From a virus: a DNA stretch of 64,000 bases. The notes under the pieces are model-generated. The model worked only from the letters and a program-made list of their open reading frames with translations, did no database searches and was not told the DNA's origin. The translations under genes were made by a program, and so were the position numbers. The stretch spans positions 3,209 to 67,208 of IMG/VR virus record IMGVR_UViG_3300046171_000298; one strand, given 5' to 3'. Shown here piece by piece: positions 10,749-18,727 of the stretch; position 1 is the first letter of the stretch; each line of letters opens with the position of its first letter.

Positions 10749-11334
10749 ACTGAAGTCACAAGGTTTAAAACTTCCGCTTTATCCAACACCACAAATTATT
10801 GAAAGAGCCCGTACAGTGATGGGCAGCATTGACTTTGACCCAACGTCTGATGCTGTTCAACAAGTCTTAGTAGATGCAGTTTCTGTACCATCAATAGAAG
10901 TTAATCCACTTCAAACACACTGGCATGGTAATGTTTTTGTTGCGCCAAAAGGTGCTGTAAGAAACAACCGCATATGGTTTCAATAAAACCATTAGCGAAT
11001 ACAGAAACAATTATATTGAAAGCTTTGTATTTTTCACAAGTGCATCTGAAATCTAAGAGCTGCACCTGCAATTTTAGATTATCCAATTTGCATACCATTT
11101 AAGCGTGTAAAACAATTACGTGCAACGTCTAATGGATTTGATCCAGTCTCACCATCAACATGGAATGTGATTGTGTATGGTCCGCCATTAGATCAGGTTA
11201 TGTCAAATATTGACAAAACCACTTTGTTTTACAACACGTTTAGAGACATCGGTCGTGTCTCATTTAATGAGTTTGCAGGTGATAACTGGCAGCGTGATTT
11301 AGATTATTACGAGCAGCAAAAGGGGAATGTTTGA
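10666..11334 (+). CDS. Phage Dam-like N6-adenine methyltransferase fold, catalytic motif degenerate; frameshifts ~10980 and ~11054
   Basis: YPTPQIIERARTVMGSIDFDPTS...WHGNVFVAPKG; continuation DYPICIPFKRV...VIVYG...FYNTFRDIGRV. Confidence 0.65.
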
Positions 11335-11747
11335 TGTCTAAATACATAGATGATAAATATTTATTTAAACTTCCTTCTGGCCAAAACGTGCATCCGTGCC
11401 GTCTCATTATTAAAGACGGTACATTGATGTGGAAAGATGCATTGTGCACTAATAACTCTAAAGGACACATTCCAAAAACAGAAGCTCATGAGCAGCATAT
11501 TATAAAAACTGCTCAACGTTTAGAAGAATTAAATACATGGGTTTCAACGACACTAGAGCCTTGGGAAGCATTTAAACCTCTATCGTGGTATAACTACGAT
11601 TTAAATGAACTGTGCCAAGGCATATCGTTGTACTTTAATCACAAACAATTTTCCAATCAATATGTAATTGAAAAATTAATATCACATATATACCCGCATG
11701 AAGAACTAGAGCTTCGCGGGAATTATATATTTTTCAAGCGTTGTTAA
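11334..11747 (+). CDS. Hypothetical protein
   Basis: ORF track; TGATG coupling. Confidence 0.6.
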   Translation: MSKYIDDKYLFKLPSGQNVHPCRLIIKDGTLMWKDALCTNNSKGHIPKTEAHEQHIIKTAQRLEELNTWVSTTLEPWEAFKPLSWYNYDLNELCQGISLYFNHKQFSNQYVIEKLISHIYPHEELELRGNYIFFKRC

Positions 11748-11748
11748 A

Positions 11749-12132
11749 TCAAAGCTTATCAATTAATCGATTTAAATACCATTGTGCTTTTTGAGCATCC
11801 TTTTTAGGATTATCTTTTAACCACATACGTAGCATATATTTCAGCACTTGCCATTGCAATCCAGAAACAATTGTATCTGGAGCATCTTTTACAGCATCTT
11901 CAATAATATCAATCACTTCGACCTTACCAGAAGTGTAATGACTAGGGTGATTTACCCCATCATTTTTTGACTCTTTTTCTCTCTTATCTTTAAAATAGTC
12001 TGCTGAAAATTTGTAAACCAGTTTTGTGTTTTCTTGAAACTTATCTTCTTGGTCGTTAAATTTTAAAATATCATCCGCATATAAGTTGTTAAGTTCGTTG
12101 TGTTTTAAGAACTCTTCGTATTCCATATTCAC
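11749..12132 (-). CDS. DUF3310 protein (T7 gp1.7-like nucleotide kinase family)
   Basis: VNHPSHYT..KVEVIDII...LKYMLR..LK...D..KAQWYLNRLI. Confidence 0.85.
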   Translation of the reverse strand: MNMEYEEFLKHNELNNLYADDILKFNDQEDKFQENTKLVYKFSADYFKDKREKESKNDGVNHPSHYTSGKVEVIDIIEDAVKDAPDTIVSGLQWQVLKYMLRMWLKDNPKKDAQKAQWYLNRLIDKL

Positions 12133-12186
12133 AGTATTAGCTTGTACAATACATAATATAGACTCTTAATAAACTATTTGCGAGCA

Positions 12187-12768
12187 ATGAATATCATCAA
12201 AGGAGATCCAACATATATTCATGATAAAGAAACATACTTTATGAATATTGCAAAAGCCATACGGTCAGGATCTACGCATCCTATGTGTCCTGGGGCTTGC
12301 ATTATCACCAGAGATAGAGAGATAATTGGTGAAGGGAGAAGTGTTTTAGCGAGTTGCAAAATTGAAATTGATTGCATTACCTATGCAATAGCTACCGCTG
12401 CAAAAAGAGGAACTCCATTGACTGGAGCTGCCGTTTATACGACTCGATACCCGTTCTCTGCAGCAGTGTTTCAACTACACATAATGGGAGTAAACAAAAT
12501 AATTGTATTAGCACATGATTGGGAACCTTATTACAAAGATGAATTTAGAAGAGCAGCAACACTAGCTAGCGAATTAGGAATATCAATTGAACCATATCAT
12601 GACGACAAAGATGAATCATACCGCACAAGTGAACTCGCCCCAAAAGAAAGCGACCGTAAAAAAGAATTTAAAAACAAAGAGCTCTACACAAGCATCCCGA
12701 TTGAAGAAGAATCTTTTGACATTGAAACGTATACAGCAGAATCCCATGAAACAGACTTTACTCTTTGA
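12187..12768 (+). CDS. dCMP deaminase-fold protein with degenerate zinc site
   Basis: YFMNIA...S...GACII...IIGEG...AIATAAKRG..LTGAAVYTT.YP...MGVNKII; HAE and PCxxC absent. Confidence 0.7.
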   Translation: MNIIKGDPTYIHDKETYFMNIAKAIRSGSTHPMCPGACIITRDREIIGEGRSVLASCKIEIDCITYAIATAAKRGTPLTGAAVYTTRYPFSAAVFQLHIMGVNKIIVLAHDWEPYYKDEFRRAATLASELGISIEPYHDDKDESYRTSELAPKESDRKKEFKNKELYTSIPIEEESFDIETYTAESHETDFTL

Positions 12769-13270
12769 TATTGAAAGCACTGGGCTACTTCGTAGAGGCT
12801 CAAAAATCCACTGTATTGTTGCTCGTGATTTGAATGATCAATCTGAGCCACTTGTCTTTGACCATAAGCCAGATCGGTCAATTGACATGGGCATCGAGCA
12901 GCTTAAACGCGCTAATGTATTAGTTGGCCACAACATAATTGGTTACGATATTCCACTTATCCGTGAATCATATGAATTTGAATTCGAAGGAGACGTACTT
13001 GATACTCTTGTACTTAGTCGGTTATTTTATCCTCATATCTTGGATCGCGATTACGAACGGCGTCCCGAAGGAATGCCTCAAAAACTATACGGACGTCACA
13101 GTCTCGAAGCATGGGGCTATCGATTAAAGTGTTTTAAGGGTGACTACGGCAAGCAATCAACAGCTTGGGATACATATACTCCTGAGATGCTTGATTATTG
13201 CATTCAAGACACGATGGTTACAGTCAGACTATACGAACTCATGATGCGGAGGATGGAAGACCATGCTTAA
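12746..13270 (+). CDS. PolA 3'-5' exonuclease domain (separate ORF)
   Basis: FDIE (ExoI), GHNIIGYD (ExoII), HSLEAWG, YCIQD (ExoIII). Confidence 0.9.
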   Translation: MKQTLLFDIESTGLLRRGSKIHCIVARDLNDQSEPLVFDHKPDRSIDMGIEQLKRANVLVGHNIIGYDIPLIRESYEFEFEGDVLDTLVLSRLFYPHILDRDYERRPEGMPQKLYGRHSLEAWGYRLKCFKGDYGKQSTAWDTYTPEMLDYCIQDTMVTVRLYELMMRRMEDHA

Positions 13271-14564
13271 TTGTGTACAGCTTGAGATGCGCATGGCTCA
13301 ACTGATGGCTCAACAAGAGTCATCTGGGTTCAGGTTTGACATGCTCGCTGCAGAACGGGTTCGTTCTGATTTGAATCAAAAAGTACTAGACATTCAACAG
13401 AAAATTTCTGAGCGATACAAGTATGTACCTGGCAAGGTGTTTACTCCAAAACGTACTGATAAAAAGACAGGCTATGTAGCTGGAGCGCCGATGACTAAGT
13501 TGGTTGAATTCAACCCAACTAGCCGTCAGCATATTGCATGGGTTCTTCAGAATCATCGGGGTGCTCGATTCACAAAGCTTACAGATACTGGAAAACCTAA
13601 AGTTGATGAAGCGACTCTTTCTGAAATGAGAGACACAGCTCAGCAGCAAAAAAATATACGCTTGTTTGAAGAGTGTGACATGTTCATTACTCTGCTCACA
13701 TTGCAAAAGCATATGGGCCAGTTATCAGAAGGCTCTAACTCTTGGTTCAATACCATTGAAGAGGACAACTGTATTCACCACAGCTGTTCACTTGCAACGC
13801 AAACTGGACGTAACGCGCATCGTGGCCCTAATCTTGGCCAGGTTGTAAGTGCTCCTTGGGCTCGTGAGCTCTTTATACCTCATCCTGGTATGACAATGGT
13901 AGGAGCTGACCTTGAAGGTCTAGAGCTTCGCTGTTTAGGGCATTACCTGCACAGGTTTGACGAAGGTGACTTTGCCAAGGTTGTTATTGAAGGTGATATT
14001 CATCAGCAAAATGCTGACCGGGTAGGCTGCAAACGCCATGAAGTCAAGACAATTTGCTATGCGTTTATCTATGGAGCTGGTGACCTTAAGTTAGGCCACA
14101 GCTTGCATCCTGAGTACTCTGATGCACAGAAAAAAGCGTTGGGTCAAGAGCTTCGCCGTAAGTTCCTTGATGCTATTCCAGGTCTTGAACCACTGATTGA
14201 TGCAGTCAAGCAAAAGGTTCGTTCTAAAGGAATGATCAAAGGATTAGACGGTCGTCCTATCTTCTGTAAGGCAGAACACGCCTCGCTCAACTATCTCCTG
14301 CAGTCAGCCGGAGCGATTTTGAGTAAAAGGTGGTGTATAATTGGTCAGCAATTAATTGATGCTGCAGGTCTTACTTATAATAGAGACTACACACGTTGCG
14401 CTTACGTCCACGATGAACAGCAGTTTTCTGTTATTCCTCAAGAAGCCGAAAGAGTTGCAAGTATTTTAGTAGAAGCTGCTCCACTTGCTGGTACTTACTA
14501 TGACTTTAAAGTACCAATTACAGCAGCATCAGCTATAGGTGAGAACTGGGCCAAAACGCATTAA
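13263..14564 (+). CDS. polA: Family A DNA polymerase, polymerase domain
   Basis: FNPTSRQH, TGR, DLEGLELR (motif A), KTICYAFIYG (motif B), VHDE (motif C). Confidence 0.95.
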   Translation: MLNCVQLEMRMAQLMAQQESSGFRFDMLAAERVRSDLNQKVLDIQQKISERYKYVPGKVFTPKRTDKKTGYVAGAPMTKLVEFNPTSRQHIAWVLQNHRGARFTKLTDTGKPKVDEATLSEMRDTAQQQKNIRLFEECDMFITLLTLQKHMGQLSEGSNSWFNTIEEDNCIHHSCSLATQTGRNAHRGPNLGQVVSAPWARELFIPHPGMTMVGADLEGLELRCLGHYLHRFDEGDFAKVVIEGDIHQQNADRVGCKRHEVKTICYAFIYGAGDLKLGHSLHPEYSDAQKKALGQELRRKFLDAIPGLEPLIDAVKQKVRSKGMIKGLDGRPIFCKAEHASLNYLLQSAGAILSKRWCIIGQQLIDAAGLTYNRDYTRCAYVHDEQQFSVIPQEAERVASILVEAAPLAGTYYDFKVPITAASAIGENWAKTH

Positions 14565-14568
14565 TGCT

Positions 14569-14760
14569 ATGATTGATTCTCCAGACGACAATTTCAATAT
14601 TCAAATTGATCTAAATAAAGATGCCTTAAGACTGCTGCTTAAAGCAGTCGATTATCGAATTGAGAAATGGCCGGGTGGAGATCCTAAAGAACAAACAGAT
14701 CTTCAATTTTTACAAACTAGGTTAAGAGCAGCCTTCCTTGAATATCAATTTAAAGACTAA
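14569..14760 (+). CDS. Small hypothetical protein of picocyanobacterial/cyanophage type
   Basis: WPGGDPKEQ..L..L motif. Confidence 0.6.
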   Translation: MIDSPDDNFNIQIDLNKDALRLLLKAVDYRIEKWPGGDPKEQTDLQFLQTRLRAAFLEYQFKD

Positions 14761-14777
14761 GTGTTCGCCGTGAACTG

Positions 14778-14794
14778 GTAACAATAGTTACAAT
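14778..14794 (+). promoter_or_regulatory. NtcA box overlapping a -10 element
   Basis: GTAAC-AATA-GTTAC (14778-14791) is a palindromic GTA-N8-TAC; TACAAT at 14789-14794 lies just upstream of the riboswitch. Confidence 0.7.
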
Positions 14795-14803
14795 AATAGT
14801 AAA

Positions 14804-14852
14804 CGTTGATCCTCATTGAGGACGCAAGTACCACAGCCAGTGGGAAGCAACG
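14804..14852 (+). ncRNA. Glutamine riboswitch (glnA motif-like three-way junction)
   Basis: CGTTG-A-TCCTC-ATT-GAGGA-CGCAAGTA-CCAC-AGCCA-GTGG-GAAG-CAACG: P1, P2, P3 and AAGUA/GAA E-loop; 5' of a DUF4278-like gene. Confidence 0.85.
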
Positions 14853-14880
14853 GGCAATTAAACCCCTACTGGATAGACCA

Positions 14881-15066
14881 ATGACTGAACTGCAAGCTCG
14901 TGCAATTGTTAATGCACGCAATGACTTTGAGCGTGCTCGTAAAGAGCTCAATCAAATCAAACTGAGCGAAACCCGTTATCGCGGAAATCTGTATACAACA
15001 GACGCTCGTATGCCACAAAATGTACATGGTACATTTACTTATCGTGGTCAAACCTACGAAAAGTGA
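14881..15066 (+). CDS. DUF4278-like small protein
   Basis: Two YRG motifs (TRYRGNLY, FTYRGQTY); ATG at 14881 downstream of riboswitch. Confidence 0.75.
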   Translation: MTELQARAIVNARNDFERARKELNQIKLSETRYRGNLYTTDARMPQNVHGTFTYRGQTYEK

Positions 15067-15113
15067 AGCAAAGTAACAATAGAATAGAAGAAATACTCCT
15101 TTGCTTATGAATA

Positions 15114-15305
15114 ATGTATCTCTACATTCCCAAAGATTTAGACAAGAATAGAACTAAAAAAAGGCCTATTGAGCCTGAAATGATTTTTGCAAGTCTTTGT
15201 TATAGAGGAATACATTATTCAAAATGGGTATGCACTAACTCATTAGCATTAAATTACCAGCACCTCCATGGTGAACCCATGGAAGACTGGACATTAGATT
15301 GGTAA
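15114..15305 (+). CDS. Small hypothetical protein with one DUF4278-like YRG motif
   Basis: LCYRGIHY. Confidence 0.5.
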   Translation: MYLYIPKDLDKNRTKKRPIEPEMIFASLCYRGIHYSKWVCTNSLALNYQHLHGEPMEDWTLDW

Positions 15306-15310
15306 GTTCT

Positions 15311-15337
15311 GACCCACTAACGTGGGTCTATTTTTTT
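15311..15337 (+). terminator. Rho-independent terminator
   Basis: GACCCAC-TAAC-GTGGGTC followed by T-run. Confidence 0.8.
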
Positions 15338-15378
15338 GTCTTCAATCAATTAAATTAGTAATATATGCGTATTTAACA

Positions 15379-15888
15379 ATGGAACACATTAACAAGTTGT
15401 TAATTCATTACTCTGTTTTACTCATTGATTTACTTTATAAAGACAGGCATTTTCAAAGATTTTGGGTACTAGAAACCATTGCCCGAGTTCCTTACTTTTC
15501 TTTTCTAAGTGTTCTGCATTTTAAAGAATCATTAGGATTGCGAGGAAACAATCATCATTTTCTAATGAAAGAACATTTTGCTCAATCAATTAATGAAACA
15601 GAGCATTTGGAAATTATGGAAAAACGTGGCGGTAACGCATATTGGATTGATCGGTTTTTTGCATATCATTTAGTATTACTTTATTACTGGTTAATGGTCA
15701 TCTATTATCTAGTTGCCCCATCATATGCTTATGATCTTAATGTATGTATTGAGCAACATGCTGTTCATACATATCAGACTTATTTAGACAATGTAGATTC
15801 TAAAGATTCACAGATATTTCAAATACTTAGTGATGAACAAAAGCATGTATACGAGCTAATATCTGCTCAATCATTAATTCTTTTATAA
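15379..15888 (+). CDS. ptox: Plastoquinol terminal oxidase
   Basis: RFWVLETIARVPYF, NETEH, EQHA, DEQKH di-iron motifs. Confidence 0.93.
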   Translation: MEHINKLLIHYSVLLIDLLYKDRHFQRFWVLETIARVPYFSFLSVLHFKESLGLRGNNHHFLMKEHFAQSINETEHLEIMEKRGGNAYWIDRFFAYHLVLLYYWLMVIYYLVAPSYAYDLNVCIEQHAVHTYQTYLDNVDSKDSQIFQILSDEQKHVYELISAQSLILL

Positions 15889-15986
15889 GACAGATACTAT
15901 ACTGTCTTTTCACTTTTAACTAAAAATTAGTTTATAGTATTTAAAGTGACATTAGCTCACTAACTATATTATTTACTATAGATTAT

Positions 15987-16367
15987 ATGTCTATCATTTC
16001 AAAAATTGCACTTTTTGGTGCACTGTCTACTGTTGCAGTATCTCCTGCAATCGCTGGTCCATTTGCAAACATCGAAAGCAATACATCTTATTTTGGTGAT
16101 GATCGCTTAAATACAACTACAGATTTGCATCTTGGCTATGAGCATGCTATCAACGATAAAGTAACTGTCTCTATTCAAGCAGGCCCTTCTTTTGTTAATA
16201 TGCCTGATGCTGATTACGAGCATGAAATCTCAGGTAAAGTTGCAATCTCAGCTGATGTAAGCGAAAGCCTCAACATTTATGGTGAAGCATACGCAATCAC
16301 GGTTCAACGTGACATTGAAGCAGACTTTCCAATTGATTTGAAAGTAGGCGCACGATATTCCTTCTGA
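15987..16367 (+). CDS. Small outer-membrane beta-barrel/porin-like protein
   Basis: Signal peptide ending PAIA-GP, amphipathic strands, C-terminal KVGARYSF. Confidence 0.7.
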   Translation: MSIISKIALFGALSTVAVSPAIAGPFANIESNTSYFGDDRLNTTTDLHLGYEHAINDKVTVSIQAGPSFVNMPDADYEHEISGKVAISADVSESLNIYGEAYAITVQRDIEADFPIDLKVGARYSF

Positions 16368-16373
16368 TAAAGT

Positions 16374-16399
16374 CCCGGCTAGCGCCGGGCTTTTTTTTT
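16374..16399 (+). terminator. Rho-independent terminator
   Basis: CCCGGC-TAGC-GCCGGG followed by T9. Confidence 0.85.
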
Positions 16400-16403
16400 G
16401 TTC

Positions 16404-16706
16404 TTAAGACAACAGCCTTATATTCTCATTACGTAGTTCAATATCTTTTTTCAGGCTTTCGGCACTTGCAGTTTCTGCAGCTTGCTTCTGAAGGCCTGCT
16501 TGCTTGTACTGATAATTATTCTGCAAAGGATCACCTTGCATTGATTTAGGAACAACTCCAGACGGGTTGTATGCTGCACGATAAGCTAAATTACCGCGAG
16601 AGCGGTGTGCAATCGCTTTACTTTTAGCATTCATTCGATCTCGATATCCACGATCACTAGATTTCAGATATCTATTATCAACTGGATTTGAGCGTAAACC
16701 AGACAC
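16404..16706 (-). CDS. Hypothetical protein
   Basis: ORF track. Confidence 0.55.
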   Translation of the reverse strand: MSGLRSNPVDNRYLKSSDRGYRDRMNAKSKAIAHRSRGNLAYRAAYNPSGVVPKSMQGDPLQNNYQYKQAGLQKQAAETASAESLKKDIELRNENIRLLS

Positions 16707-16715
16707 AATTTATTT

Positions 16716-16901
16716 TCATTTATCTTTATTATATCCCCACTCAGTTTCGGAGGCATTCCATATCGATATCCATTCTGCTGAGCGATGCAACAGGTCCACA
16801 GGCAATGAATCCATTAGACAATTCACTGCTGCTATATGGTGACTTGAGTTTGGATCGTAGTTTTTAAAGAATCGATTTAGGTCAATCACGGATCCCAACA
16901 A
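16716..16901 (-). CDS. Small protein resembling the N-terminal domain of the endolysin
   Basis: DLNRFFKNYD..SSHHIAAV..L...LP..L.....EWI vs NFFKFYDGSPHQRYAI..L...LP..L.....DWI. Confidence 0.55.
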   Translation of the reverse strand: MLGSVIDLNRFFKNYDPNSSHHIAAVNCLMDSLPVDLLHRSAEWISIWNASETEWGYNKDK

Positions 16902-17112
16902 AGTCTTTAATTGTTTGCAGCTCAGTAGCTACGGGCTGTAGGGTAACAACCATCTTTTGAAGTGTTTGTTTATCAATTACATCTACTAGCTTTTCAACAC
17001 GTTCAACTCTGGCTGTTAAGTCAGTAACTTTTTTCTTTAGACGTTCATCGGTAAAGTGCGTGAACTTCATACCAAAGAGTAAAGCCAAGATTGGCCCCAG
17101 TACATATTCCAT
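16882..17112 (-). CDS. Small membrane-anchored coiled-coil protein
   Basis: N-terminal hydrophobic segment followed by heptads. Confidence 0.55.
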   Translation of the reverse strand: MEYVLGPILALLFGMKFTHFTDERLKKKVTDLTARVERVEKLVDVIDKQTLQKMVVTLQPVATELQTIKDFVGIRD

Positions 17113-17147
17113 TATTGTTTGTATAACTAGTACCAGTCTACATTTAT

Positions 17148-17477
17148 CTATGCAAAAGTGAGACCATCACCATCTAAATCATCATCTTCCCAACCTATAT
17201 CTTCAATGTCTGTAGACATTTCATCAGCACTATTTAAAATCAATAGTTCTGTAAATGTTTCTTCTGACATTATTTCCGGTGGCCCTACTTGAGCCTCATC
17301 TACTTTAAATAATATACCGTTCTCTCTCAAGAATGTTTGCAAGCCATTCTTTTGCTCCATTCGTGTTTTAAGCAGTTTTAAGGCTGTGAGCTCCAAAGCA
17401 GACCGGCTCATCCTCGTTACTTCGTAACGCGCTCTCCTGAGTGCAAACCTCTGTTCTATCGATAGTGTGTTCATCAT
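17148..17477 (-). CDS. nblA: NblA-like phycobilisome degradation adaptor with acidic C-terminal extension
   Basis: LSIEQRFALRRARYEVTRMSRSALELTALKL matches NblA pattern LSLEQxFxxR....V..MS.......LxxL. Confidence 0.6.
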   Translation of the reverse strand: MMNTLSIEQRFALRRARYEVTRMSRSALELTALKLLKTRMEQKNGLQTFLRENGILFKVDEAQVGPPEIMSEETFTELLILNSADEMSTDIEDIGWEDDDLDGDGLTFA

Positions 17478-17823
17478 TTTCAAAGTAATCGTAATCTAGG
17501 CGTGTGTCATTAACCCATTCCAAAATCAATTCTTTTGCAACTTCGTTGTAAAATGTTTGTGATTCAAACCAAGAAACCCATTCTTGAGAACTCTTGCTTT
17601 GGTTACATTCTACGCAACACGGAACAAGATTGCTTCTTAAATTACTGCCACCTTTCGAGCGAGGTTTGAGGTGGTCAACCGTTACTGCTCTTTGTTTTCG
17701 ACAATACGCACACAAACCTCCAAACGAATATCGGATGAAGTTTCGGAATCTTTTCTTGGCAGATCCCTTGGAAAGGCACTGGAGATTGAACATAAGTTCG
17801 CCCCAACTTTCTGGTGTACGCAT
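17368..17823 (-). CDS. HNH endonuclease
   Basis: CAYC...TVDHLKPRSKGGSNLRSNLVPCCVECNQSK. Confidence 0.9.
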   Translation of the reverse strand: MRTPESWGELMFNLQCLSKGSAKKRFRNFIRYSFGGLCAYCRKQRAVTVDHLKPRSKGGSNLRSNLVPCCVECNQSKSSQEWVSWFESQTFYNEVAKELILEWVNDTRLDYDYFENDEHTIDRTEVCTQESALRSNEDEPVCFGAHSLKTA

Positions 17824-17873
17824 AAAGTTGCTTAACAACTTAACTTAACTATAAGTTGAGTTTGATTCAAAAT

Positions 17874-18188
17874 TCAGTCGTCATCCATAAAGTCAGCTGT
17901 TAAGCGCATTTCTCCGCCTAATGGAGTCTCCCCATTTTTCTGTTCATACTTTTTGAATCTACTTTTTTTGCGGCGTGTTTCGTAGTATTTAACAATAGAC
18001 TCAATCTCTTTATCTAAATCGTCCATTGTTTTTTGAGTTTTATATTTTGTCCAATCATGCACGCATTCTTCCCTAACCATCTTGACAATGGGATGAAGTC
18101 CCCATTTTCCATTGTTATTGATTAACACTATGGTAATTTCATACGCAACAACTTTCCACCATTTATATGCAAATCTTTCGTTATTCAT
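17874..18188 (-). CDS. Hypothetical protein
   Basis: ORF track. Confidence 0.55.
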   Translation of the reverse strand: MNNERFAYKWWKVVAYEITIVLINNNGKWGLHPIVKMVREECVHDWTKYKTQKTMDDLDKEIESIVKYYETRRKKSRFKKYEQKNGETPLGGEMRLTADFMDDD

Positions 18189-18230
18189 TTTGCTAAATGA
18201 ACAACGCTATAAAAATCATTACACTTCAGA

Positions 18231-18431
18231 TTAAAGCAAAAGGTCATTGCATTCCTCAGCTACTTTTGATTTAAAGAATTGAATTAAATTACGCTTACTT
18301 CTTGTGTCTAATTCTTCGTCAAACTGTATCTCAATTTTTAGCTCTAAAAAACGATCACATGTTATGTGCCAGTCGTAAGCACTGTCGCCATGATGAGTAA
18401 ACAAAAGGGCTGCCAGGACAATACCTGACAT
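18231..18431 (-). CDS. Small secreted/membrane hypothetical protein
   Basis: Hydrophobic N-terminus, two Cys. Confidence 0.55.
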   Translation of the reverse strand: MSGIVLAALLFTHHGDSAYDWHITCDRFLELKIEIQFDEELDTRSKRNLIQFFKSKVAEECNDLLL

Positions 18432-18577
18432 TATTTTTTACCTAACTTCGGCTTGATCGTATCAAGTGCTGTGAATACCAGTTGAACGATGCTATTTTCT
18501 TTCAGTGGGCTGAGAGCCACAATTTCAGAAAGAGCAGCGACAATAATCCAGAAGATAGGATTTTCGATAATTCCCAT
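18431..18577 (-). CDS. 48-aa membrane protein, holin candidate (not in ORF track)
   Basis: MGIIENPIFWIIVAALSEIVALSPLKENSIVQLVF...KLGKK; TM helix and basic tail. Confidence 0.5.
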   Translation of the reverse strand: MGIIENPIFWIIVAALSEIVALSPLKENSIVQLVFTALDTIKPKLGKK

Positions 18578-18629
18578 GATAATATTTTGTCTCTACTTTA
18601 ATTTTATCAAATCTATTTAGAATAAAAAT

Positions 18630-18716
18630 GGAGAGGTGGTCGAGTGGTTTATGGCTCCAGTCTTGAAAACTGGCGTGTCTTCACGGGCACCAGGGGTTCG
18701 AATCCCCTCCTCTCCG
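18630..18716 (+). tRNA. tRNA-Ser (anticodon TGA)
   Basis: Acceptor GGAGAGG/CCTCTCC, anticodon arm CCAGT-CTTGAAA-ACTGG, long variable arm, GGTTCGAATCC; CCA not encoded. Confidence 0.95.
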
Positions 18717-18727
18717 TGGATGCGCGA

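Noticed and set aside
14806-14880. TTG-initiated N-terminal extension of the DUF4278-like ORF
   Set aside because: It overlaps the riboswitch; ATG at 14881 is the plausible start
17121-17133. NtcA-like site GTA...TAC
   Set aside because: Spacer is 7 nt, not 8
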